This document shows positions 17,857 through 26,496 of a stretch of DNA of 33,784 nt, piece by piece. Made by a program: the position numbers and the translations under genes. The notes beneath the pieces are model-generated. The model searched no databases. It worked only from the letters and a program-made list of their open reading frames with translations, and was not told the origin of the DNA. Source of the DNA: an uncultured Clostridia bacterium (GTDB lineage Bacteria > CAYTYR01 > UBA6262); the NCBI GenBank assembly GCA_964441745.1, contig CAYTYR010000019.1, positions 1 to 33,784 of the forward strand, given 5' to 3'. The stretch's first letter is position 1. Each line of letters opens with the position of its first letter.

Positions 17857-18365
17857 TCTACATCCTCTCCTTCGTCTTCAACTTCTTCATAATTCATTTC
17901 CTCATCTTTATTTCCAAAACTCCCAAAATGGAGATAAAGGCCAATATTTCCGACAAACTCAATGCCGTTGATATTAACACTTGAGTCGTCACTATGAGTC
18001 AGCGAAATAAATGTCGGGGCCAGGTCCAGTAACAATGAAAGCCAATTAGTGATGAAGTATTCCCCGCCGATGAATAAAGCTGCTTCATAACCGGTTCCTT
18101 TGGTATCTTCAGTATCAAGGCTGATATATCCGCCTTCCAGGCCGGTGAACCCCCTCAATTTAGTATCTGAATAATAATTCCAGTAGCTGCGGCCGCTGTA
18201 GGCCTTGGCTTCTGGATCAGACACAAATCTTCCTTCCAGCGACATCACGGCAAAGTCATATTTCAAAGAAATATAAGGATATCCTAAGCCGATGCTTAAA
18301 CCTTCGGCATAAGAAATTGCAGAAAAGATCATCAACAATAGTGTCAGTAGTATAATCCTTTTCAT
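17853..18365 (-). CDS. Exported hypothetical protein, probable small outer-membrane beta-barrel
   Basis: Signal peptide, alternating beta-strand pattern (GGEYFIT, NIGLYLHF) and an acidic tail. Overlaps the next gene (ATGA). Confidence 0.65.
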   Translation of the reverse strand: MKRIILLTLLLMIFSAISYAEGLSIGLGYPYISLKYDFAVMSLEGRFVSDPEAKAYSGRSYWNYYSDTKLRGFTGLEGGYISLDTEDTKGTGYEAALFIGGEYFITNWLSLLLDLAPTFISLTHSDDSSVNINGIEFVGNIGLYLHFGSFGNKDEEMNYEEVEDEGEDVE

Positions 18366-18380
18366 TGCTCTACTTACCCC

Positions 18381-19394
18381 CTACAAACTATGCTCAGGTT
18401 TAGGCTGCCGGGTCATCAGGTCCAGGACTGCTTTTTGCGGTTGTTTCCGTTCGAACAATACCTGGTAAACTTGTTCTGTAATAGGCATAATGATCTTGAA
18501 CTTCTTGGCAAAATGATGCACTGCCTGGCAAGTCTGGATCCCTTCAACGACAGTACAGATCTCTTTCATTGCTTTTTCATACGTCTTGCCCTGGGCGATC
18601 TTCTCGCCACAACGGCGGTTCCGGCTATGCGGACTGAAACAAGTCGTGATCAAGTCTCCCAGTCCGGACAGGCCGCTGAATGTTTCCGGTTTGGCTTTAA
18701 AATACTTTCCCAGTTTCATCATTTCGAATATACCGCGGGTGATAAGCGCGGATTTGGTATTGCTTCCCAAGCCCATACCGTCGCTGATACCGCAGGCAAT
18801 GGCAATAATATTCTTTACTGCCCCGCCTAATTCCACACCCAGTATATCCGTGGATGTATATGTCCTGAAATAACGGCTTATGAATACTTCCTGCAATGCT
18901 TTAGCTGTTTTCAGGTTCTTGCTGGCGATCACTGCCGCTGCCGGTTTCTTGGCGGCTATTTCGTTGGCAATATTCGGGCCGGACAATACTGCGATATTTT
19001 TTGCTACCTGCCTGGGGAGTTCATCGGCCAGCACCTGGGACATGGTCTGGAAAGTTTTGTCTTCCAATCCCTTGGTGGCGCATACTACGATGAGACCGCG
19101 CTTTAACTCGATCTGGCTGATCTTCCTGGCCGTGGCGCGCACAAAAGCGGAAGGAACGACAATTACCGCAATATCAGCAGCAGCTAGTACCTCATCGAGA
19201 TTAGACGAGATGGTAATATTTTTAGGCAAGTTAACATCTGGAATAAATTTGAATTTTCTGGTCCGGGATAATTGCGCGGCCAGTTTTTCGTTTATTTCCC
19301 AGATCGCGATCTGGTGACCGTTTTCATGCAACATCTGGGCGATAGTTAAACCCCAGCTGCCCGCCCCCAAAACAGCAATTTTCTTTTTCAGCAT
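18381..19394 (-). CDS. gpsA: NAD(P)H-dependent glycerol-3-phosphate dehydrogenase
   Basis: VLGAGSWG, TKGLE, LSGPN, GAVKNIIAIACG, GLSGLGDL and SRNR. ATG at 19394 has a GAGGA RBS. Confidence 0.96.
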   Translation of the reverse strand: MLKKKIAVLGAGSWGLTIAQMLHENGHQIAIWEINEKLAAQLSRTRKFKFIPDVNLPKNITISSNLDEVLAAADIAVIVVPSAFVRATARKISQIELKRGLIVVCATKGLEDKTFQTMSQVLADELPRQVAKNIAVLSGPNIANEIAAKKPAAAVIASKNLKTAKALQEVFISRYFRTYTSTDILGVELGGAVKNIIAIACGISDGMGLGSNTKSALITRGIFEMMKLGKYFKAKPETFSGLSGLGDLITTCFSPHSRNRRCGEKIAQGKTYEKAMKEICTVVEGIQTCQAVHHFAKKFKIIMPITEQVYQVLFERKQPQKAVLDLMTRQPKPEHSL

Positions 19395-19426
19395 AAATAT
19401 CCTCAATGTTTTTAATCTGCGCTGCG

Positions 19427-19448
19427 TCCGCCTCGTTCTATTGGCGGA
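19427..19448. repeat. Short palindromic TCCGCC-N10-GGCGGA element
   Basis: Minus strand TCCGCCAATAGAACGAGGCGGA, the same family as the hairpins in the tRNA copies. Confidence 0.65.
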
Positions 19449-19459
19449 TAATTGTTTTA

Positions 19460-20065
19460 TTATTTAAAACTGAATCTGTGCTCCTCGTGGTGCCACAGCC
19501 GCTTGATATTCGGGATATGCTTTAGGTCGATCAAAATAGCGATCACCAGTACAAAATAGAATAACTCGGGTTGTCCCGGATTTAAATACCAGACCAGCAG
19601 AGGCACGGCTGATGCGGCTACGATAGAACCAAGTGAAATATACCTGGTAATAGTTACGGTTAGGACAAAAACTAAAAAACCGGCCAGGGTAGCGATAGGC
19701 GCCAGAGTTAATAATACTCCAGTACTGGTAGCCACTCCCTTCCCGCCTTTGAAGTTCAGGAAGATCGTCCAGTTATGTCCGCAGATCGCGGCCAGGCCAG
19801 CCAGGATCCTGTATATCTCCGTGCATGATCCAGGCGCGAACCTCGCTGCCAATAATACCGGCACTATTCCCTTTAGCATATCAATGAACAGCACGCCAAC
19901 TCCCGCGGCTTTGCCAACGCAACGGAATACATTAGTGGCTCCGATATTGCCGCTGCCAACCTGCCTGATGTCTATTCCTTTAAGTAGTTTAACAGCCAGG
20001 AAAGCGGTCGGGATAGAGCCGATCAGGTAGGCGCCGGTGATGATCAGTAATGCCTTTAAAATCAT
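19460..20065 (-). CDS. plsY: Glycerol-3-phosphate acyltransferase PlsY
   Basis: YLIGSIP, DIRQVGSGNIGATN, FKGGKGVAT and KHIPNIKRL. Confidence 0.97.
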   Translation of the reverse strand: MILKALLIITGAYLIGSIPTAFLAVKLLKGIDIRQVGSGNIGATNVFRCVGKAAGVGVLFIDMLKGIVPVLLAARFAPGSCTEIYRILAGLAAICGHNWTIFLNFKGGKGVATSTGVLLTLAPIATLAGFLVFVLTVTITRYISLGSIVAASAVPLLVWYLNPGQPELFYFVLVIAILIDLKHIPNIKRLWHHEEHRFSFK

Positions 20066-21402
20066 GCTTTTTTCCTTTTCAGGCTCAGGACAAATTTCAG
20101 CGGTACGCCGTCAAGCTCATATTTTTCCCTGATCCTGTTTTCCAGGTAGCGTAAATAATTCTTCGGGAATTCTTCTACTTCATTGGCTAATACCCTGAAT
20201 ACCGGCGGTGAGCTGTCAATCTGCTCCAAACTGTGGACACGCATGATCCGGCCCTTGATGTGCCCGACCGGGAACCGGCTTTGGGCCTCGAATAAAATTT
20301 CCTGCAAATCTTTTTTATCTATCTTGGTCTGGTATCGTTTTGTGAGCCCGATTATTTCCGGGATGATCGTATTGATCCGGTCTTTGTTTTTTGCCGAGAT
20401 CGGCAAGATAGGAGCATAATGGAGGAAGCGCAGTTTCGTCCTGATATATTTGGCATATTCGTCAAAAGTGTCCGTGGTTTTCCCGACTACCGTATCCCAT
20501 TTATTCAGGATAATAATACAGGCGCACCTACGCTCTTCAGCCATGTCGGCGATACGCTGGTCCTGGCTGGTAACGCCATTTTCCCCGTCGATCACCACCA
20601 GGGCAATATCCGCTCTTTCCATGCTCCTGATCGCGCTTAAGATGCTCAGTAATTCCGCTATATTTTTTTCTTCTTTGGCTTTTTTAATACCCGCGGTATC
20701 GATCAGCGTGAATTTCTGTCCATCCTGTTCAAAGAAGGTGTCGATAGAATCGCGGGTTGTCCCCGCGACCGGACTGACGATCACCCGTTCTTCTTTCAAG
20801 ATCGCATTGACCAGGGAAGATTTTCCGGCATTCGGTTTGCCGATGACCGCCACTTTAACCGAGTCTGTATCTTTTGGCTCTACGGCTTTTCTTTTCTTCG
20901 GCAATAACTGGCAGGCTTTGTCCAGCAGCGTATTGATATTGAGCCCATGGCTGCAGGAAATGTTCAGGAACTCGCGGAATCCCAGGCACGCGTAATGATC
21001 ATAGAAAATTGTCTCATCATTGATCTGTGTCGGATTGTCAACTTTGTTAATGGCCAGGATCACCGGCTTTTTGGATTTATGCAGGATCTTGGCAATGGCC
21101 CGTTCTTCAGGCGTAGCCGGGATCCGTGATTCTACCAGGAACACGATCACGTCAGCGCTATCGATAGCCATATGCACCTGGCTTTTGATCTCTTTCAGGA
21201 ACTGGTCAGTCTCGTCATAGTGATACCCGCCGGTATCGATGATCGTGAGCGGCTGTTTGTTCCATGTGGTTTCGCCGTACAACCGGTCGCGGGTCAGCCC
21301 TGCGATTTCATGCACCAGGGCTTTTCTCCTGCCGATCAAACGGTTGAATAAGGAAGATTTACCGACGTTAGGACGGCCGACGATCGCTATTACTGGGTTC
21401 AC
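20062..21402 (-). CDS. der: Ribosome biogenesis GTPase Der (EngA)
   Basis: Two tandem GTPase domains (GRPNVGKS/DTGG/NKVD and GKPNAGKS/DTAG/NKWD) plus a KH-like C-terminus. Confidence 0.97.
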   Translation of the reverse strand: MNPVIAIVGRPNVGKSSLFNRLIGRRKALVHEIAGLTRDRLYGETTWNKQPLTIIDTGGYHYDETDQFLKEIKSQVHMAIDSADVIVFLVESRIPATPEERAIAKILHKSKKPVILAINKVDNPTQINDETIFYDHYACLGFREFLNISCSHGLNINTLLDKACQLLPKKRKAVEPKDTDSVKVAVIGKPNAGKSSLVNAILKEERVIVSPVAGTTRDSIDTFFEQDGQKFTLIDTAGIKKAKEEKNIAELLSILSAIRSMERADIALVVIDGENGVTSQDQRIADMAEERRCACIIILNKWDTVVGKTTDTFDEYAKYIRTKLRFLHYAPILPISAKNKDRINTIIPEIIGLTKRYQTKIDKKDLQEILFEAQSRFPVGHIKGRIMRVHSLEQIDSSPPVFRVLANEVEEFPKNYLRYLENRIREKYELDGVPLKFVLSLKRKKA

Positions 21403-21962
21403 TTTTTACCGCCCTCGTTGTTAAGAATTTTAATTCCTGCTGCCGCGTAATTGATACCGCTGGCTACGGTAAAGAACACGGCTCCCCACCAAAATATACG
21501 ATTCACGTGTTCGGGAAATTGCAGCAGGCAGAAAAAAATAGTCATCATTTGAAAAAAAGTGGTCAGCTTTCCCAGGATACTGGGTGCAATGCTTTTACTG
21601 CCCGTAAAGATATAGGTCAAGAGCCAGCCGCCAAATAAGATCACATCCCGGCTGATCACAATGATCATAACCCACAAAGGTATTACATTCCTGATGGCCA
21701 GGGTAATAAAGGTGGTTACCAGGAGCAACTTATCCGCGGCCGGGTCCAGGAACGTGCCCAGCGGAGTGAGCATCTTTTTTTTGCGCGCGACCAGGCCATC
21801 CAGGTAATCGGTGAAAATGGCAAAAACAAAAATTATGATGGCGATAGTGTTCAGCTCTTTACCATTGGACAACGTCACAACCCAGGCCGGGTTGAACAAC
21901 AGGATAATGAATATCGGAGTAAGCAAGATTCTGAGTATGGTCAGTTTGTTAGCTAAATTCAT
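21399..21962 (-). CDS. pgsA: CDP-diacylglycerol--glycerol-3-phosphate 3-phosphatidyltransferase
   Basis: MNLANKLTILRI and the CDP-alcohol phosphotransferase motif TDYLDGLVARK..GTFLDPAADK. Confidence 0.93.
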   Translation of the reverse strand: MNLANKLTILRILLTPIFIILLFNPAWVVTLSNGKELNTIAIIIFVFAIFTDYLDGLVARKKKMLTPLGTFLDPAADKLLLVTTFITLAIRNVIPLWVMIIVISRDVILFGGWLLTYIFTGSKSIAPSILGKLTTFFQMMTIFFCLLQFPEHVNRIFWWGAVFFTVASGINYAAAGIKILNNEGGKK

Positions 21963-23236
21963 AAATTCCTCGCGGGCAGGTATTTTTTGATCACATTACA
22001 TGTTTTCTGATCCACCAGGGCTTTAATGGCGACGCCGCCTGGCTGGTATTCTTTTTCCAGGATATTGCCGCCGGCTAATAGCTTTCCCACCAGTTGATAC
22101 TTTTCATACGGAATGATAAAACTTTTTTCAACCAGGTCTTTGGCCAGGAAAGCCATGATCCGCTGGTACAATTTATCCAGGTGCGTCTTTTTGGCCGCGG
22201 AAATAAAGATCCCGTCCGGATGATTCCTCATTAACCGCTGACTGCTGGATTTATTTTTCAAAAGATCGATCTTATTAAAAACATTGATCAGAGGCTTATC
22301 CTGCAGTCCGAGATCAGTCAGGACCTCATTCACCGTCTTGATCTGCGCTTCATATTCCGGATGGCTCGCGTCAATGACCTGCAGTAACAGATCTGCTTCC
22401 ACTACTTCTTCCAGGGTCGCCCGGAAAGCCGCTACCAGTTGGTGCGGCAATTTACGGATAAATCCTACCGTATCGGTAAAAAGGACTTTTTGCCGGCTCG
22501 GCAGTGTCAGCCGCCGGGTGGTCGGATCCAGCGTGGCGAACAGCTTATTTTCTACAAAGACATCGGCTCCGGTCAGGGTATTCAGGAGCGTGGATTTTCC
22601 GGCATTGGTATAACCGACCAGCGCAATTATCGGTAAAGGGATATCCTGCCTTTTTTGACGCTGTAAAGACCGGTATTCTTTGAGCTTATTGATCTCTTTG
22701 TGCAGTTCGGCAATTTGATCTCTGATCCGGCGGCGGTCATATTCCAGTTTGCGTTCGCCAGGGCCGCGCGTGGCTCCCATACTGCCAGCTCCGCCGACTT
22801 GCTGCGCTAACGCCACTCCCTGGCCAGTCAACCGCGGCAGGAGATAATCCATCTGGGCTAACTCTACCTGTAGTTTTCCTTCCGCCGTATGCGCTCTCTG
22901 GGCAAAAATATCCAGGATCAATTTGGTCCGGTCAACTATCTTGGCTTTAACTACTTCTTCCAGGTTACGCTGCTGTGCCGGGGACAAGTCATCGTCGAAG
23001 ATGACGGTTTGCAGTTTATCTTTTTTTACATTCAAGGCCAGCTCTTCGGCTTTACCCTTCCCGATCAAAAAAGCTGGATTGTAATGGTTAATATTCTGGA
23101 TAGTCATGCCGACAACGCTGGCGCCAGCTGTTTCTGCCAGTCGTTTTAATTCTGCCAGCGAATTTTGTACTTCGCTAAGTTTTTTATGCCGGTCCCTGAT
23201 CCCTACTAAAATAGCCGGTTCTTTATAGTTTAACAT
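21959..23236 (-). CDS. hflX: GTPase HflX
   Basis: ILDIFAQRA, TRGPGERKLE, VGYTNAGKST, LFATLDPT and DTVGFI. Confidence 0.97.
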   Translation of the reverse strand: MLNYKEPAILVGIRDRHKKLSEVQNSLAELKRLAETAGASVVGMTIQNINHYNPAFLIGKGKAEELALNVKKDKLQTVIFDDDLSPAQQRNLEEVVKAKIVDRTKLILDIFAQRAHTAEGKLQVELAQMDYLLPRLTGQGVALAQQVGGAGSMGATRGPGERKLEYDRRRIRDQIAELHKEINKLKEYRSLQRQKRQDIPLPIIALVGYTNAGKSTLLNTLTGADVFVENKLFATLDPTTRRLTLPSRQKVLFTDTVGFIRKLPHQLVAAFRATLEEVVEADLLLQVIDASHPEYEAQIKTVNEVLTDLGLQDKPLINVFNKIDLLKNKSSSQRLMRNHPDGIFISAAKKTHLDKLYQRIMAFLAKDLVEKSFIIPYEKYQLVGKLLAGGNILEKEYQPGGVAIKALVDQKTCNVIKKYLPARNL

Positions 23237-24131
23237 ACTCGACCATTCTGCGCAATGTTTTATTGTCGAGAGTATCCTTCACCGGGAACCATTTGATTCC
23301 CTGGGTGTGCTTGAACCAGGAAAGCTGTCTTTTGGCGTAATGCCGGGTCTCCAGCTTGGTCTGCTCAATGGCCTCCGGCAAGGTGATCTTGCCTGCCAAA
23401 AACAGGCCTACTTGGCGGTACCCCAGGCTCTGTAAAGGTTTCAGTTTCGCGCTATATCCTTTTTTTAAGATCGAGCGGACTTCCCGCACTAATCCCTGGC
23501 TGAACATTTTATCCACGCGCTGGTTGATACATTCATAGAGCTTTTGCCGGTCGCGGTCCAGGCCGATGATCTTGGCCTGGTAACGCGGCGTGATAGTTTG
23601 CTGCTGCCATTGGGAGAAAGGTTTACCGGTCTGGTGATAAATTTCCAGCGCCCGGATCACTCTCTCTACATTATTAGGATGAATCCTGGCAGCCGCTAGC
23701 GGGTCAATTTTGGTTAATCTTTTATGTAAACGCTTCTTGCCGTATTTCTTGGCTTGTACTGCCATCCGCCGTCTAAATTGCCGGTCCTTCGGCGGCGCTT
23801 CGCTCAATCCTTCCAGCAAGGCTTTCAGGTACAATCCAGTACCGCCTACCAGGATAATATTTTTCCCCTTCTTTTCCAACTGCTTGATCTTCTGGCCAGC
23901 CAGCCTGGTAAAGACGCCGGCATTGAATTCTTCGTCTGGTTGGCAGATACTGATGAGATGATGCTTGACCTGGCTTAGTTCCTCCCTGGTTGGTTTGGCC
24001 GTGCCGATGTTCAGGTATTTATATATTTGCAGGGAATCAAAAGATATTATTTCCGCGTTTAATTTCCTGGCCAGTTTAACCGCGATGGCGCTTTTGCCGC
24101 TGGCGGTGGCCCCGACAATGGCAATGATCAT
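23223..24131 (-). CDS. miaA: tRNA dimethylallyltransferase
   Basis: GATASGKS, DSLQIY..IGTAKP, VGGTGLY and TRHYAKRQ. Confidence 0.97.
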   Translation of the reverse strand: MIIAIVGATASGKSAIAVKLARKLNAEIISFDSLQIYKYLNIGTAKPTREELSQVKHHLISICQPDEEFNAGVFTRLAGQKIKQLEKKGKNIILVGGTGLYLKALLEGLSEAPPKDRQFRRRMAVQAKKYGKKRLHKRLTKIDPLAAARIHPNNVERVIRALEIYHQTGKPFSQWQQQTITPRYQAKIIGLDRDRQKLYECINQRVDKMFSQGLVREVRSILKKGYSAKLKPLQSLGYRQVGLFLAGKITLPEAIEQTKLETRHYAKRQLSWFKHTQGIKWFPVKDTLDNKTLRRMVEYVKL

Positions 24132-25894
24132 GTGCGTTCAAACCTCTTATTCAGTTCAGCCCGTGAAAGCTTGATCAAGGTCGGCCGGCCGTGCGGGCAA
24201 GTATAGGGATTAGCAGTGCTGGTCAGCGCGTTGATGATCGAGCTGATCTCATTTAACTGCAAAGTATCGCCAAATCGCACCGCCGCATGGCAGGCGGAGA
24301 GCTTTAAAATATTGTCCAGCACGGTTTTTTGTATTTCTGCTTTTGCGGGCGTGTCTTTGATCTCCTGCAGTCTGGATAATTCCCGCACAATATCCAGGAT
24401 GAATTGCCGGTCTCCGGCTTTATCCAGGATCGCCGGCAAAGCCCGGACCAGCAAAGTAGTCGCGCCAAAATCTTCAACTTCCCAACCCAGCTGGGACATC
24501 AGGTCAGAGTAGCCTAATAACAAATTTTTTGACGGGAGATCAATTTCCAAGGTTATCGGGATGAGCAGTTTTTGCGACTGAATAGTTTTTTGTTCAAATT
24601 CCTGTTTGAATTTTTCATACATGACCCGCTCGCTGGCCGCATGCTGGTCAATGATCATCAGTTCATTGCCTGAAGAAGCGATGATATAAGCATTGTCAGC
24701 TTGTCCCAGTATTTTCAGGTCCCCGAAAGCTGTGGTTTTGATCATCTCTGCCGGTTGGGCAGTGTAGGAAAATATTTGTTCTTGTACCGCCAGCAATGTT
24801 TGCGCCGGCGCGGTATTCGTATTGAGCATGGCCGTGATTGAATGCTGGTCCAGTGGCAGTGGATACCTGGCTGCCGGATCCTTCATTTCACGGATCACCC
24901 CTGGCTGATGCAGGGCGTCCCGAATAGCCTTGGCGGTCAGATCATGGATCGCTCCTTCATTAGAGAATCTGACTTCGCGTTTAGCCGGATGAACGTTAAC
25001 ATCAACCAATTCCGGATTTATGGAAAAGAAAATAAATACTGCCGGATATTTCCCGGCAGGCAAAAGGTTATCATAACCAGCGATTAAAGCATGGTTCAGC
25101 AAGCGGTGACGGATCGTGCGTTTATTGACGAAGAAATATTGCTGGTTTCGGCCGGAAAGTTCTGCCGTTGGCAAGGTGATATAACCGGAGATCGAAAGAA
25201 ATTTCTGGTCCAGGTTGATGGGCGCTAATTGTTTTTGGATCTCCCTTCCCAGCAGGTCATACAAGCGCTCTTCCAGTTTTTGCGCCGGGGCCAGCTTAAA
25301 TATCTTACGGTCGTTGTTGATGAGACTAAAAGCGACTTTAAAATTAGCGATAGCCAGTTCTGTGACCAGGTTCAGGATATGCGAAAATTCCGTGGCGTCA
25401 CTTTTCAAGAATTTTAGCCGGGCCGGGGTATTGGCAAAAAGGTTTTCGATCGTGACCGTGGTCCCTGGCTTAGCCCCTTCTTCACCTTTGGTAATGATCT
25501 TCCCGCCTTGTATTACCAGCTTGGTTGCTCCGACGGATTCGGCCGTGCGGGTGACCATCGTGGCTTTGCTGACGGCGGCGATACTGGGCAAAGCTTCTCC
25601 CCGGAAGCCCAAGGTATCCAATATATCCAGGTCATTGAAAGCCGCAATCTTGCTGGTAGCATGCCGCTGGAACGCCAATGGTACCTCTGGTCCTGTTATC
25701 CCGCGGCCGTTATCCGCTACCCGGATCAATTTCTTGCCGCCGTTCTTGATCTCGATCTCAATAGCCGCTGCCCCGGCATCCAGAGAATTTTCCAATAATT
25801 CCTTGACTACCGCTGCCGGTCGTTCGATAACTTCACCAGCCGCTATCTTATTAATGACCTCTTCCGGCAAAACTTGTATATGTTTCTCACTCAT
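24128..25894 (-). CDS. mutL: DNA mismatch repair endonuclease MutL
   Basis: IAAGEVIERP, RHATSKI, GFRGEAL, DVNVHP, DQHAASER and CPHGRP. Confidence 0.98.
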   Translation of the reverse strand: MSEKHIQVLPEEVINKIAAGEVIERPAAVVKELLENSLDAGAAAIEIEIKNGGKKLIRVADNGRGITGPEVPLAFQRHATSKIAAFNDLDILDTLGFRGEALPSIAAVSKATMVTRTAESVGATKLVIQGGKIITKGEEGAKPGTTVTIENLFANTPARLKFLKSDATEFSHILNLVTELAIANFKVAFSLINNDRKIFKLAPAQKLEERLYDLLGREIQKQLAPINLDQKFLSISGYITLPTAELSGRNQQYFFVNKRTIRHRLLNHALIAGYDNLLPAGKYPAVFIFFSINPELVDVNVHPAKREVRFSNEGAIHDLTAKAIRDALHQPGVIREMKDPAARYPLPLDQHSITAMLNTNTAPAQTLLAVQEQIFSYTAQPAEMIKTTAFGDLKILGQADNAYIIASSGNELMIIDQHAASERVMYEKFKQEFEQKTIQSQKLLIPITLEIDLPSKNLLLGYSDLMSQLGWEVEDFGATTLLVRALPAILDKAGDRQFILDIVRELSRLQEIKDTPAKAEIQKTVLDNILKLSACHAAVRFGDTLQLNEISSIINALTSTANPYTCPHGRPTLIKLSRAELNKRFERT

Positions 25895-25948
25895 GAATAA
25901 TATCCTTCAACTAGTTTACTGCTTTTCGTTTTGACTGGCTCTCTGTTA

Positions 25949-25978
25949 ACGCACGACGCATAACGCACGACGTACGAC
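25949..25978. repeat. Tandem degenerate 7-mer array
   Basis: acgcacg-acgcata-acgcacg-acgtacg-ac. Confidence 0.75.
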
Positions 25979-25982
25979 TCCT

Positions 25983-26438
25983 TTATTTCTTGCACTCTTC
26001 CGTGCATAGCGTAAAATAAAAACATTTATACCCATAGCAAATATCGCTAACCCCCAGGATGCGGCGGTCATAGCACATCTCAAAGTCCTCAGCCATCCTG
26101 GTAATATGTTCTTTTACTTCAGCGGCAATATGGGTGAAGTTAAAAGTGATCAGGAAAGACCCTTGCTTCTGATAGATCCTTTTGGCCTTGCCTTTAAAAT
26201 GAATATTATGGAATCCCGGCATATTAACGGATATTTCCAGCTCGACATTTACCGGTAAAGCGACGAAGGTGGCAATTTGCATGCCTCCGGCTGACAGATT
26301 GCCCATAAATCCGGGTATAGGATTGTCGATATGCAGTTGCGGCGCTTTGATGGTGATCGGTTCCAACAGCGAAGTCAGGACCGGAACGCGCTTGTGTATC
26401 CTTCTTTCCGGATGATGTTTCAAGCGATGATACGTCAT
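25983..26438 (-). CDS. PilZ-domain protein with a Cys-rich C-terminal tail
   Basis: RRIHKR (RxxxR) and NLSAGG (D/NxSxxG) c-di-GMP motifs. AGGAG RBS. Confidence 0.8.
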   Translation of the reverse strand: MTYHRLKHHPERRIHKRVPVLTSLLEPITIKAPQLHIDNPIPGFMGNLSAGGMQIATFVALPVNVELEISVNMPGFHNIHFKGKAKRIYQKQGSFLITFNFTHIAAEVKEHITRMAEDFEMCYDRRILGVSDICYGYKCFYFTLCTEECKK

Positions 26439-26496
26439 GGGCTTCTCCTTTTATAGATGAAGTTGTATTTGAAAAATTACTATTTTGCTGTAATTA

